Assembly (NCBI GenBank): GCA_020137815.1
Contig: CM035356.1
Coordinates: 4,154,001 to 4,218,000, forward strand
Direction: 5' to 3'
Source: Hormiphora californensis
Lineage: Eukaryota; Animalia; Ctenophora
DNA length: 64,000 nt
Within the stretch, counting starts at the first letter, position 1. Each line of letters begins with the position of its first letter. Shown piece after piece: positions 49,174 through 62,967 of this stretch. Below the pieces are notes generated by a model. The model ran no database searches, was not told where the DNA came from, and was given only the letters and a program-made list of their open reading frames with translations. The position numbers were made by a program, and so were the translations under genes.

Positions 49174-51413
49174 AGAGAGAGAGAGAGAACAGAGATGGGG
49201 AGAGACACATACACATATATAGCGAGAGCGAGACATATGGTAAGAGAGGGGGAGGGGTTTCGCAGAAGATAAATTGCAGTGTAACTTTTCCCTCATGCGG
49301 TGTTGTAAATCTTGCACTCATTTCTTACTATCCTGTATTTCCCAGTTCTCCCCTCCAACGTCTGACGACGCCCTGACAAAAACTACCTCCACCGCAATCG
49401 AGAAGGAACCTGCTTATACGATGTTGTTAGTTGAGAAAGAAGAGGAGGGTGATAATTCAGTAGCACCGGCCCCCACGCCAAGTAAAAGTTGCAGTTCTCT
49501 TCAACCTATTCATGGTGCGTTTAATTTTATTTCTGTGAGGGTTCGGCAGAGCAATGGTGTGTGTTTCTTGACTGTAACTCATTTCTCATTATTTTCAACT
49601 CATTATTAGTTCTGCTCGTGCTCTGTCTGAATCTTTTATTTCTCTCAGTCTCAACGCCAGTTATAGGAGGAATGGTACGGGCAGTCGAGGTTCCAATCTA
49701 TGCTAAGGTTGAACGAGTTTTCAGTCCTCCGCCCTCCACCAGAATCAGACCACTTTCCTTTGGGGAATCAAGCAACTGCATTTACACCAGTAATAACGAG
49801 GTACAGTCGCATTATAATTTCCATGGCAACGCATTTGGAATTGAAGTGTTTACCGTATAGGTATTTGCCTGGCATATGGCAATTCAGTAATCCATCTTGT
49901 AGCACCCTCTACAATTTTAGTTGTACCGTCACGATGTCTGCAATACGACCACGAGAAAGAATTGCCTGACGAGCAACGGTAGCAGTTTAGAGCATAGTTC
50001 ACTCTTGGAATCTTCGGAGAGACCTAGTTCTTTTGGAACCAGTACGAACACAAGGTAACGGTTAACTGATTTTCTGGGCTATCCGGCATTCATTTGAGAC
50101 AATTCGGGAACATTTTGTAGTGTTCTGAAACCTAACTACTCTCCATTTTAACTGTGTTAGTTCTAACCACTTCCCATTTCAGAACATCGAATCTGAGCAG
50201 TGAGTTATCGATTAGCCCGGAGCGTCCTGACACCTGTGATCCCTTCTCGCCTCCTCCAAAACCTCCCCGAAAGGCCCGAACTGGCCAGAGAAGTGACACA
50301 TCGTGCAGCCAGCTATCCGACACCAGTACCCAGGATTCCCGAGGAGTCTTCTCTCCCGAACTCCACTCCAGTCCCTCTCACTTCTCCCTGCCCAGCACCA
50401 GTTCTGGAGCTGCTAGGTTGGAGGAGACGTCTCTCTGTAACAACTCCAGTGTGATAGAGGATAGTATTGACCAGGAGGTAGGGGAAGAATTCTTCTTGCG
50501 GGGAAAAAAGAAGAAGCAGAGTTCCTTTAAACGGATTCTGAGTTTTGGCATCGGTAGGAAGAAGCGAAGTCCATCGGAGTGTTCCGTGTCAACCGATGGA
50601 GGACAGAAGAAGTACGAATTCAAGCACTCCCGACACTTTACCGTGAGTCAGGAGCGAGACCTCTCCTCGACATCTCTCTCTGGCCTTGTATCTCCATCCA
50701 GTCAGAGGACTCTTCCCCTCTCTCCCTCCTCCATCTCGGTTCCCCTGATTGATATTGCTCTGCTGAATGAGTTAGCAGGCACTGACGTCATTCCTGAGGA
50801 GGAGGATGAGGAACACAAGAAGATGGAAACACTCCAGGAGGAGATCAGGATGAACGAGGCACCATCCAGCTCCCCGCCCTCTTCGACACATCCCTTGTCA
50901 GACGAGGCACCATCCAGCTCCCCGCCCTCCTCAACACATCCCTTGTCGGAAGACCCCTCATCTTCAATCCATCCCTTGTCGGATCAAGATCCCTCATCTG
51001 GGACATCCTCCCCTGCCGCTGAGAAACGATCCAATCGAAACAGTGCCAGTAGTAGTGGTTGTAGTAGCAGCAAGTCACCGCCGGGGGAACCTGATATCGA
51101 TAACAAGGAGGTGTTGGATAATGTTTTTGCAATGTTAGATTTGGACAAAGAGAACAATGAATTTTTGAATCCGTGTGAGATAATCCTGGACGGTAAATCA
51201 TCAATTGAGAGACGAGCCATAATTACAGATGAACTGAGTAGAAAGGTTGAGAAAGAACTAGAAATAGAGGATGAGATGGACTGCCGAATTCGAGAGGTGA
51301 CCTTGTCGCCTCCACCTGTAACAGCGGTACCTCGGTCCAAGAGCCCGACTTTCTCCGAAATTGACATAATGCTATGTAATATTTCTGCAGATTTAGACAT
51401 GCTTGAAATTTAG
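47819..51413 (+). CDS. Multi-exon gene encoding a Ser/Glu-rich largely disordered protein; possibly the 3' part of the PDZ gene
   Basis: AG/GT-bounded open exons at about 47819-48030, 48151-48340, 48483-49074, 49346-49515, 49648-49800, 49921-50054, 50183-51413. (VIEEEDR)n repeat and PPPKPPR motif. The link to the PDZ exon via small exons (36268-36318, 42918-42975) is inferred. Confidence 0.6.
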
Positions 51414-51852
51414 AGGACATGTCAAATAATATTGTCCCAGTTTGTGTGACACCGTGACTGTGAGAACTTTGTGTGTTCGTGTGTGTTTTGAAAATAATTT
51501 TTCCAGAAAAAATAGTTTTTTGTTTTTTTTTGAAGTTATAAGTTGCACAGTTTTATTTATAACAACGTTTAATAAATTCCGTTCTTTTTCTTTTCCCAAT
51601 TGTAACACTGTTACTTCATAGACCAAATATTCGAGTACCAATTGTCCCTACTACCTTCTCATCCCCAATGAATGACCACTTCTGATCAGTTCATCTGCAG
51701 TGTAATGTCGTTACCAACTCCCATCTACCTAACTCCAATACCCTATATTTGTCTCTGTCACCAACCGTGCCATTTCAGTTTGTTTCCATGGTGTCACGCG
51801 TGGCAAGTTATCAGATGTGACGTCACGCAATAACGCGTGAGACATCACGCAC

Positions 51853-54557
51853 TCACACGGCGGTACTGTAGGTATTCTGTTTGACAGCCATCTTGTCCTT
51901 CGCTTCCTTCACGGTGGCCACCTTGTGTGTCTACAAAAAAGAGGATGATCGTTAGGTATGAATTCCTTTTTTCGCGTCTTCCCCGAACATTTATCGTGGG
52001 ACAAGACAACCCTCCCTCTCTAGCTTTCTGAATGAAAATCAGAGAGCTGGAGAGAGAAGTGTCTGATCTCTATTTTCCACCCCAACTCCCAACTCTCACC
52101 CCATCTATCCCCCAGCGGCCAGTACCCCAACATCCATCCACCCAACCCCTCTCTCACCCCTCCCTTTATCCCCCTATCGACATTCCACCCTGCTCTACCC
52201 CCAAACTCCACCCCAACCCGGCAATCCCCTTCTGCCTTCACCCCACTCCACCCCATCCCCCTCTCTCACCCAGTACCCAAACCCCCCCTGCACCCCTCCC
52301 CCACTATATCCCGAACTCCCCCTCCACCCCTCTCCCTCTATCGACTATCCCCAACCTCCCATCCGCCCCTCCCCTCTCTATTCCAATTCTTTCACCCCAA
52401 CTCCCCCACTCTATCCCGAACTCCCCCGCCCTCACCTGGAGCTGGTAATCCTCGTGTTCCTTATATCGTTTCTGCAGGACAACATTGAGGAACACCGCCA
52501 CGACCTGAATGAACATGAACACGAGGGCCATGAACCCAGCGAGAAGGAGCCAGAACTGTAGCAGGTCATTCGTCTTCTCCCAGCACGCCTAGGTAAGTGA
52601 GGGAGATCATGGGATATGGGTTATTTTAGGAAATTGGAGGGGTTAATTAGGGGTTTAGGGGTTTAGTTGGACAGTGGGCTTTGGGTGGCTCTATTTGTGG
52701 GATAGCTGGATATAACTCACATCTGTTCTGATGGTAGCTGGTGGGTTTTTAGGATCGTGGTAGGTAGAAAACAGATTCTTTCCACACCCCTCCTTGTACT
52801 CTTTACAACATGTATCGGGTAGACTCTGAGACAGAGAACTATTGTTGGCACATGGTGTGAATGGTGAAGATGTAGAAAGTAAAAAGCGTTAGCAACCGGG
52901 AGGTAACCATGGGGTTACCATGGTTACCTCCCCAGTTACCCTTTTGTTGTCGTGTTTACCTGTGCAAAATAGCTGTTGACATCAAGGTTGTTTGAATACC
53001 AGTTTGATGCATTTGTCGACAAGAATTCCTCCCATCCATACTGCCCACAACAGTCCACTTTCTTGTGTATGTAATCCATGGCATCTGTGTACTTCTGATT
53101 GATACCAGCCTTACCTGCAAACCGCAAAGTTATTGGAAGTTGTTGTTTCTGCAAGGAAACTGTTCACCAAAACCAAGTCGATATACAAATGCAGAGCCTA
53201 GAGAAGGACACGAGTCAGAACTTCATGTAGGTAATAGGCCATAGAGACTCTATGGCCTAATCTACGGGTACATGACTACATGGAGCTCCTGTCAGAGCAT
53301 TGTCCTGACAGTGGAGCTATGACTCGATAAACATGAAATGGGCACCATAATTACCGTAGAACAGCATACTGTACTTCATTCCATCATGAATGTAATAATG
53401 ACAGGCACCATTAGAAGTGAATAGGATTACCACGGCAGCGAACTGAGCTAGAAGGGTTATAATCATGGCGGCCAGAAACTGAAAATATATTTTTGGTTAG
53501 ATAGTTACTGTTAGACAGTTAGTTACTGTTAGACAGGTAAATCAAGGTTTTGAGCAAGTGAATACTTGTGTAGCTCATACTGCAACGCTCTGTGAAGTGT
53601 GAGGGAGATTAAATACCTGCCGAGTGATAAAACACCTGATCCCTTGTTGAAATTCAACGAGAAATCATGTGTTCTGCAGAAAGCTGTCAGGCCAATGCTC
53701 TGACCACAGTTCTCGCGAGAATGGGTCAGGCCAATGCTCTAACAGGCAGCAAGTGGTCCTTTCATTTTTAGGGTGGGCGGACTCTAGTGCTAACGGACTC
53801 TTTATCTAAATCCAAGGCGGACTCTATATCTAAAAACGGACTCTTTATCTACAGTTAGACTTTGAAAAAAGTTTAGATAAAGAGTCCTCCCTGTGTAGAC
53901 TTTTTAGATAAAGAGTCCGCCCTGTGTAGAATTTTTAGATATAGAGTCCTCTAGTACATTTTGGCGCCAAATCCTCCAACCCGGACTCTATGTCTAAAAT
54001 CCTAACCCAACCCAAAACCTAACCCTAACACTAACCCTAACCCTAACCTCGAACCCAAATAACGGCCCTAACACTTCTAAATTAGTATAGGGGTAGAGCA
54101 AACTCTCGTTTCCGGCCTAACGGCCGAAATCTCGAGTTCGCGGCGAAAGGCGGACTCTATATCTAATTTAGATTTATGTAGATATAGAGGTCCACTTTGT
54201 TTAGACTTTTTAGATAAAGAGTCCGCCCTGTGTAGACTTTTTAGATAAAGAGTCCTCCTAGAGTTTAGACTTATTTGGACTCTTTATCTAAATCTAAATT
54301 TAGATATAGAGTCCACTGTAGACTTAGAGTGTAGCACTAGAGTCCGCACACCCATTTTTAGTACTTACCCCGGAAAGGAACAGCGACTGCTTTCTGAAGA
54401 CACCACAGAATCCAATCAGAGCAGTAACGACCAGAACACTGCCTATTACAACCAATACCAACATGATCGGTGATAGCTCATTGTTGATGGCTGTCCCGAT
54501 ATCTTCCGTGAGAATGAAAACGTATGCTCCAACTCCAGTTAGGGCCAGGCCTATCAA
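51853..54557 (-). CDS. Tetraspanin A (exon 1 lost in low-quality sequence)
   Basis: Exons encode TM1-2 (LIGFCGVFRKQSLFL), TM3 (QFAAVVILF), EC2 CCG (VDCCGQYGW), PDTCC, ACWEK, TM4, and the tail THKVATVKEAKDKMAVKQNTYSTAV*. Confidence 0.85.
53772..54352. mobile_element. Mutator-like MITE with 9-bp TSD in a tetraspanin intron
   Basis: TIR GGTGGGCGGACTCTAGTGCTA / TAGCACTAGAGTCCGCACACC; CATTTTTAG at 53763-53771 and 54353-54361; internal GGACTCT(A/T)TATCTAAA repeats and (TAACCC)n. Confidence 0.8.
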
Positions 54558-55499
54558 CTGGAAAAACAGAAAATTTATAAAATTTTGGAAGTTTTTCCAA
54601 AATTCAGCGGGGGGGTGCCCGAAGAGAGGGAAGGGTTTCCCCATGGAAACCCAAAAAAAGGAGGGAAATTAACCGAAAACGAAAACGGTTTAGAGTGGAA
54701 TGGGGAGGGGGGCCCAAAATTCCCAATTTCGGGTTTTTACGGGGGGAAAAGCGGGGGGGGGGGGAGAAAAGGGGAGAGAAGGGGGGGGGGGAAAAAAAAA
54801 AAAAACAAAAGGAAAAAAAAAAAGGGGAAGGGGGAAAAAAAGGGGGGGGGGGAAAAAGGGGGCAGGGGCGGGGGAGAGAGGGGAAAAAAAAAAAAAAAAC
54901 CCCCCCCTTCTTTTTTTTTTTTCCTCATTTTTTTTTTTTTTCCCCCCCCCCTTTTTCTCTCTCTTTCTCTTTTTTCCCCTTTTCCTCTCTCTATCTCTTT
55001 TTTTTCTTCAATGTAAAATCAGTTTCGATACTTTCCATCACACACAATCGGGAAACCCAGGGCCCAAAGAAATAACAATTCTTTAATTAGCGAAATCAAA
55101 ATATTAAAACTGGTTTTTTTGGTATCTTCAATAAGGAACAATAAATCTGAGGTCCCGGAAAAAAAAAGGCCCATTTAGTGTCTTCCTGCACACAACGGTC
55201 AACTTGTTTCCCTTTTAAAACGCCATTTTCAGAATTTGGCCTCCTCCGCTTTCCCCCCTCAGGTTTATGGGGGCTACTTTACTCGTTTCCCTTTTGAAAA
55301 AGGGGGGGAAGAATTTTTAAAACAAAGATAATTTAGGCTCGGCAAATAAGGAATGAATAATGTGAGTGGGGGTTTGGAAAAATGTAAAAATTTTAAAAAA
55401 TTAAACGGGTTACCTGGTATTGGTTACCATGGTAAATGGTTTTTGAGAAAAATTCGTGTCCAACCTGTAACTTGTAAACCTCGGTCCTTTAAACTTTTT

Positions 55500-57086
55500 G
55501 TAGGAGTAATCAAGGGGTACCCAAACCTGAAAAAGAACAGAACCCAGGGCCATGAGCCCGCCAGGGTTAACCAAACTCAGGTGGTCCCTTTTTCTTTCCC
55601 CAAAAACATGCCCGGGGTTTGGGAATAGTGGTTGGGGATCTGTTCGATCGCCCCCCGTTCCCAAAAAGCAAAAAACCCCGGGGAGGGGCAGCGAAAGTTT
55701 TAAATTTTTCCCGTTTGATTTTTTTTGGTTTTAATTAAGGAGACCCCTGTGTACAAAAAATTAGTGATTAAACAGGGGGTTTTACTTGAATGTTTGACAG
55801 TTAGAACTCCCGATCCACAATTGGGGTTATTCAAAACAGGAATCTGGAAAAGAGGGAAGGGGAAATTTTGGGAAAAACTTTTGGGGGAATGTTTGTTTTG
55901 GCTGTTCAAAATTTTTAATGTTTTAGTCTAAGTTAGATCTAAAGTTGGCAACAGAAGTCACAATACTGAAGAAGGAAAAAAGAAGAATACTGACCTTGGT
56001 AGCAGTTTTAGTAAAGTTACTAGCCCACCCAGTGCTATTATGATTAGGAGTAGCCCACTCCTTCCACCCCCAGTGCCCACAACATCCCATGTGCTGGTGG
56101 ACCCAGTCCATTGACTCAGTGTAGTCAGCCGCCTGTACATCTTTTTCTGTGGGAGATATCTCAGCATTACACATGTACCATAAAACTAACATAATTTGCA
56201 ACAAAAGACATTCTGAAGGGTATGGGAATCATAGCTGCGTGCCAGACTACTTCCTTGAAGCTGATATACAGTTTCAATATCATACCGTCTCCGTATTGCT
56301 GCACAGTAGTCGTCATCCCACTGGTAATGTAGTAATGAAGACTGGCCTCCGAGGTGAAGAGTATAACTACTGCTGCAAACTGGCCCAACAAAACTAGAAC
56401 CATACACACAAGGACCTGCAGAAGTAGAGACATATAGTAAAGCCGCAAAGTAAATTCATCGATTGACTGATAGTTTAGCCGTTTTTGCATCTTTCGAATT
56501 CAAAGAGCGTTTTCCTAACCTATTCGCCATGTATCAATAACAAAGCTTACCACGGCAAGGAGTATAGATTGTTTCCTGAATACCCCGATAATACTAATAA
56601 CAGCTGTCACCATCAACACGCTCCCAATCACCAGTAGTATTATCATAACGGGTGCTATCTCATTTCCTACAGTCGTCCCAATGCTACTGGTCCGACCGTA
56701 GAGGTAACCGCCGACTGTCGTCAGGGCAATGCCAATCAACTGGGGATAAGGAGAATTTGTTTATTTGTTCTATCCCTCCTTTACAGTTTACAAGGGTCGC
56801 ACAAGGCAATAGAGAGGGGCCTGTGGAGTCAGACGGGGTAGGTGTCTGACTTGATGCATAACAACAGACGTTTTACCCAGTAAATCAGATTCCTAAGACG
56901 CGTCGTATACAAATAAACAAACAAACAAACAACAGATGAGTTGGGTACAGGCTGTCTGGCGCCGCAAACCCCATCTGAGAATCAAACCGGGGTCTGGCGC
57001 CGCTAGACAGGGTGTAGGATACTGACCATGAGAACGACATTGAAGAAGCTAGCAATGCTGGCCAGGAGGGTTTCTTTGACCTCCAT
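55500..57086 (-). CDS. Tetraspanin B, tandem paralog (3' exons garbled)
   Basis: Exon 1 MEVKETLLASIASFFNVVLM (57027-57086); LIGIALTTVGG...GVFRKQSILL; QFAAVVILFTS; MGCCGHWGW; traces of PDSC and TM4 exons at about 55.8 and 55.55 kb. Confidence 0.8.
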
Positions 57087-57813
57087 ATCTCTCACTCCGC
57101 CGCTCCCTTTTGGAGCTCACAGAAACAGGTTTTGTAAAATCAGGCGTCTACAATCAGGGGGTAATGTGTAGTATCGAGCTCAGCTGCGTATACAATCAGT
57201 AATGTATACTATTATAGAGCTCAGAGAAGTTGGTATCAGAAGAAACAATGTTCAATTGGTCGTCTGTCATGGAAGATTGTTGTGTGTGTATATTGTGCAA
57301 GCTATGTGTTTCCCAGTGTAAACACAGTGCGGAAAAGAGTAGTTTTATCTCCCCAGCGGCCCCACTTATCACTGCACTGGCAATTGCCCCGGGGCCTGCA
57401 TCCACCTCGCCCTTTGACCAAACATACCATAGCTGTCCAAGGCTCAAGGACCTTTGGACGCCGGGAGACCTCGACGACATGATTGGTCTCATCCCAGCCT
57501 AACGATTCCAGTTTTCAATGTTACTTTCACAAATAGAAAGATAGTGTTCTAGGGATCAGAGAACAAGCAAAAGTACAGAAGAATATCTTTTCGATCAACA
57601 GACGCAGAACAGTTCATTTTCATAAATTCTAAAGTTGCTCACGTGATTTGTTCAAAGACACCCATGATTTTAAAGATACTCAGTTTCAAAGACACCCATG
57701 ATTCAAATACACCCAGACACATTATGACAGTCCCAGCTGCTTCTCACAGTTTCAAAGACCCACAGTCCCAGCTGCTCCTCACAGTTTCAAAGATCCACAG
57801 TCCCAGCTGCTCC

Positions 57814-58176
57814 TCACAGGAGGTGTATACAGGCCAGGATGGTAGTTATCAGGGCTGGTAGTGCTGTGCAGTAGTGTCCCATCCCACTGTTATCCACCTT
57901 ATCTAAAGAGGGAAGCAAAGGTACAGTAGGTCCCGATATACTGGGATGCTCGGGGGGAAGGGGTAAATCGGGGTTCCGGTAAATCGGGGTCAGACTGTAT
58001 AGTTTGGAATGGGGCAAGTCCATAGCAAGCTATTAGCATGTGACCTAGTTACCTTCAGTTCCAGTTTCGTGGGTTAGTCCAGGTTGGGAATCCAACAGAG
58101 ATACCACATCAATATCGTCACCAAGAGAGGTGAGGTTGCCAATGATGTCGTTCAAGGGATCAGCAACCTCATTATC
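57814..58176 (-). CDS. Last two exons of an unknown protein with a GPI-signal-like C-terminus
   Basis: AG/GT-bounded DNEVADPLNDIIGNLTSLGDD...TE, then DKVDNSGMGHYCTALPALITTILACIHLL*. Upstream exons not found. Confidence 0.4.
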
Positions 58177-58184
58177 TGGATGGG

Positions 58185-59770
58185 ACAGGGAGGTAGTTAT
58201 AGTGGGCTAGGGGCGGGGTGTGTACTGTTTAGTGGGCTGTGGGCCGGTAGGGAGGTAGTTAGTGGGCTGGGGAGGTAGTTAGTGGGCTGGACAGTAGGGG
58301 ACAGGGAGGTAGTTAGTGGGGTAGGGGGGAGGTGTTTACTGTTTAGTGGGCTGTGGGCCGGTAGGGAGGTAGTTAGTGGGCTGGGGAGGTAGTTAGTGGG
58401 CTGGACAGTAGGGGACAGGGGTATTTTTGGGGGGGGGGGGGAGGGGTTTCGTTTTTTGGGCGTGGGCCCGGAGGGAGGTATTTTTGGGCGGGGGGTGTTA
58501 GTGGGGGGGCATAGGGACGGGGGTAGTTATGGGGTAGGGAGGTTTTTACTGTTTTTGGGGTGGGGGCCGGGAGGGAGGTAGTTAGTAGCTGGGGGGGTGT
58601 TAGTGGGCTGGACGTAGGGGACAGGGAGGTAGTTTTTTGGGGGTTTGGGGAGGGTGTTTCTTTTATGGGTGTGGGCCGGTAAGGGGGGATTTGGGGGGTG
58701 GGGAGGTTTGGGGGGGACAGGGGGGGCGGGAGGTTTTTGGGTAGGGGGGGGGTTGTTTCTGTTTATGGGCTGGGGGCCGGGGGGGGAGGTAGTTATGGGC
58801 TGGGAGGTATTGTGGGGGGAAGTAGGGGACAGGGAGGGAGTTGTGGGGTAGGGGGGGGGGTTTTTTGTTTTTGGGCTTGGGCCGGTAGGGAGTATTAGGT
58901 GGGGTGGGGATTTAAGTTAGTGGGCTGGGCAAGGGGAGGAGGATTAGTGGGTGTGGGGATTTTTTTTACTGTTTTTTGGGGGGGGGCCGTAGGGGGGTAG
59001 TTAGTTGGGGCTGGGGAGGGAGTTGTGGGCTGGACGTAGGGGCAGGGGGTAGTTTAGTGGGCTAGGGGGAGTGTTTACGTTTAGTGGGCGTGGGGCCCGG
59101 GAGGGGTAGGGGGCTTGGGGCGGGAAGGGCTGGCCAAGGGGACAGGGGGTATTTTGTGGGAGGGGGGGGTTTTACTTTTTGGGGCTGTGGCCGGTAGGGG
59201 TTTGTTTTGGGCTGGGGAGGTATTATGGGCGGACAGTAGGGGGGCAGGGAGGGAGTTTTTGTGGGGGGGGGGGGGAGGTGTTTACTGTTTGGGGCGTGGG
59301 CCGGTAGGGGGGGTAGTTTTTGGGCGGGGGGGTGTTTGGGGGCTGGACTAGGGGCAGGGAGGGAGTTGTGGGGTAGGGGGGGGGTTTTTTTGTTTTGTGG
59401 GGGTGGGGGGTGGGGGGGTATTGGGGCTGGGGGGGTAGTTTTGTGGGGGGGACGTAGGGGGGGGAGGTGTTAGTGGGGTAGGGGGAGGGTTTTTTGTTTT
59501 GTGGTTGGGCCGGGAAGGAGTAGTTTTGGGCGGGGAGGAGTTATGGGCTGGACATAGGGGCAGGGAGGTAGTTATGGGGGAGGGGGAGGTGTTTTTTATT
59601 TTTGGGGTGTGGGCCCCTTTGGGGGGGATTATGGGCTGGGGGGAGGTATTGTGGGGTGGACGTAGGGGGCAGGGGGGTATTTTGGGGTAGGGGGGGGGGG
59701 GGTTTTTTACTGTTTATGGGCTGGGGGGGGTAGGGGGTTATTTTGGGCCCAGGGGCCGGAGGGGGGGACA
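58185..59770. repeat. G-rich tandem repeat (GGGAGGTAGTTAGTGGGCT units) decaying into low-quality sequence
   Basis: Clean units at 58.19-58.42 kb, then increasingly noisy copies. Confidence 0.8.
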
Positions 59771-61023
59771 GGGGCTGGGGAATTCGATTTTCTTGAAACA
59801 AAATTTCCCAAAAACCCTAAAAAACGAAAATCGAGTTTACTTTTCCTTATATGGTACGGGGGTCAATCTTCTTTTTTTTGTAGCCCTTTTGCAGCCCTCC
59901 GAATTTTACCGTTTGGGTTTGTTCAAAAAAAAAAAGGGCGAGCACATACAACAATAAGAAAATTCTATCGGGGCAGGAAAGGGAATGAAAAAGTAGTGAT
60001 GTGGTAGAACTACTAATAATAAAGTTCCCTTTTATTACCTCTCCGGGCGATGTGAGAGAGAGATAGAGTCTCCCTCGTCTCTCTCCTCCTCTCTCCTCTC
60101 TCACTTTCTCCGAATTGCTGTCAGGCGTCGCGCTGACCCTTTCTGATCAAAGTGGCCAGGCATCGCGCTGACAGCCGAATTGGGATTCTTGACTTGCAGT
60201 ATTAATAATATGAATACTGCAATATAATATTATTATGAGGTTTCACTTTCACTATGTCAAATAAGACAGAATATGCTGCAGTACAGCAGACTGCAGCGGC
60301 GACGGAGTGAACTGACGTCTGATATTGTGCACCATTCCAAATATGTCCAATAGCAGAAAACCCAAATCACATGCTTGAATTTGAGAAAATCCCTGGAAAA
60401 TGAACTTTGCGTTTTGAGCAAAGATCTCCGAAAATCGAGCATACTCCCGGCCCGTAGTTTTTTCACACAACACACTTCACCGTTTTTGACCTACATCTCT
60501 CCAGCCGTTACTTAGAACCAATGGCGGCAATGGGACGTACCCTGTATAGTAATCAGATTACTAATCTTCGAATGAGTAGGTATATACCACTGTTATAGTG
60601 GTAGTAGTGAACCCGGAAACTACTATCACACCATCAGTACGTTAGTACTACTCATTCAATCACACACATCCTGTTAGTGTTAGTGTAGATAACCTAGGAT
60701 ACATACTGTGTAGAGTGTTCTGCAGCATGCTGTTGAGTAGAACAAGTGGTCTGTAATGGCATTTCTATTCCTTTCCGGTAAATAGGATACTGTCTTGATG
60801 ACTTGTGGGTAGTAGCTCGATGATCTATAATATCTTGTCAGTGACAGTCCTGTCGGTGTTTAACCTCTGTTCACTGTTGAGTGCATCCTGGGACACATAC
60901 GATTGTTAATCAATTAGTTATGTGTACTAATTATGTCACACTTCACACCAAATTGTTACTGTTGTACAGTCACTGTCACAGCAATGGAGATGTTGGTGTG
61001 TTAGCCAAGCAGTTTGTCTACAT

Positions 61024-61090
<67 letters not shown>

Positions 61091-61536
61091 CTCGAAAGTC
61101 GTCGAGTCGGGGGGGGGGGGTCTCCTCGCTCGGTCCTTCGTCTCTCTCTCTCGGGGGGGGGGTGGCTCTCTCACTCTCTAAAAACCTTCTCCCTCGTCGG
61201 GGTCTGGCAGTGACGCAGCTGGGGGGGGTCTCTCTCACTCTCTCGACGGTCGGGGGATGCGGGAACTCCGTCGACGGGTCGTGAGCGTGCGGGAGCGGGG
61301 GGTGCTCGGGGGGGGGGGGCCACAGGGTCGGGGCTTCCAAGAGGGATGGGGCGGGGGGGGGGGGCATGGGCTCGTCGAAACGGAGGTCTCTCGGGGGGGG
61401 GGGGGGGGCGGGGGGTCTCTCCTCTAAACAGTACATGCGGAGTCCTCGGTTCGGGAGAAAGAAGAGCGGGGTCGGAGGACGTCGGGGGGAGGCAGTCTCT
61501 CTCCTCTCTCTCATCTCTCTCCTCGCTCATTCTGCA

Positions 61537-62493
61537 GCTGTTTTACATTGACCAGGACCCATATTTTGTATGTGCATTTCATGGTGCTAACGAGAAAGAG
61601 AGCATGATATATCGAGTCAGAAAGAGAGAGAAAGATAGACAGGAGGGAGAGAGGAGAGAGAAAGATAGACAGATAGGGAGAGAGGAGAGAGAAAGATAGA
61701 CAGAGAGAAAGATAGACAGAGAGAAAGATAGACAGAGAGAGAAAAAGATAGGCAACACTTTTGGGATTGTGACGTAGTTGATTGTGCCAAGAAAATGTGA
61801 TTGTATTTGTATACTCCAGTTTAGTTTGGCTTTCTGAATATGGCCCATAATAGTATGTAGTGCTATCATCATTGACTCCACCCCAGTATTGTTTGTGTTA
61901 TATGTCAGCCATGCGTGTGTTGTGTGGTTTACCTGCAGCTGATGTAGTGTGTTGGAACTTGGAAGTAAATGTAACACAACAGTTATCTATAATCGTGTTT
62001 CTCATACAGCCTTTTCCTGTCTAAACTGTTGACATCGACTACCGCACAGCTGCTACGACTCAGTGATCCAAAACCAAAACTGTCGACATCGACCATGTTT
62101 ATAATCCTTAGTAAAACTCTGATCCCAATCTAGTTGTTGTATAACCCCCTGTCCACCCAGAACTGTCATGATGGACTCGGTAGTGACGAATGATGATGAT
62201 GGTACAGACCCAGCTTCTAGACCCACTGATGTTTTGGATGAAAACTGGTCCTGGCTCTCTCAGGTAACAGCATTGTTCCCAAACTCTTGGACCAATCGGT
62301 TATTACAATGATCACCTTTTCCCAGCTCTCTATTTGATTTTCAACTAATTTGACAGCTAAATTACTAATGAAGTAATACCCCCTACAGGTGCACACAGCT
62401 CAGATGGGTCACCTAATTATCCTCTTCGTTATTGTTGCCACCACATTTGGAGCCCTCTTCAACGCCATCCTCGCCAGAACTGCATTTATGTGA
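61537..62493 (+). CDS. 3' exons of a small protein with a C-terminal transmembrane helix
   Basis: Exons about 61537-61610, 62161-62263, 62389-62493 ending ...MGHLIILFVIVATTFGALFNAILARTAFM*. Confidence 0.4.
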
Positions 62494-62967
62494 GTTTTAA
62501 ATTGCAGAGTAACTGATCTCTGCTTGTTTGTTCATGTATGGGGGGTTTGTGCATGTTTCTTTGATTCTTGAATAATTCCAGCTGAATCTTAACTCAAATG
62601 GAATTTCAAGTGAGAGAAACTTGTTTTAAAGATGAGACAAATCAAAACACTTCAGATATCTTTTTTCAACCTTTGAAATAAGCACATGATATTCAGCAAT
62701 GCAATCTTTCACATACATATGAAACTTGACATCTTCACTAAGAGCATACAGTTTCACACACAGATTTGGTCATATCGACTGCTTATAAGTACCTAGAATA
62801 CCTATGATAGTTACACGTCATTGTAACAAAGACCGGAGATAAATGTAATATATGACGGAGTAAAGATGTGATATATCCGATTTTCGGTCTGTGCAGGATA
62901 AATTAGATCATCAAATTCCTATAGATCTCTCTGAATGTCTCCCTACACACACGATCTATATTCTCCT

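Noticed and set aside
54000-54072. Telomere or chromosome-fusion relic
   Set aside because: A short degenerate tract internal to a TSD-flanked MITE.
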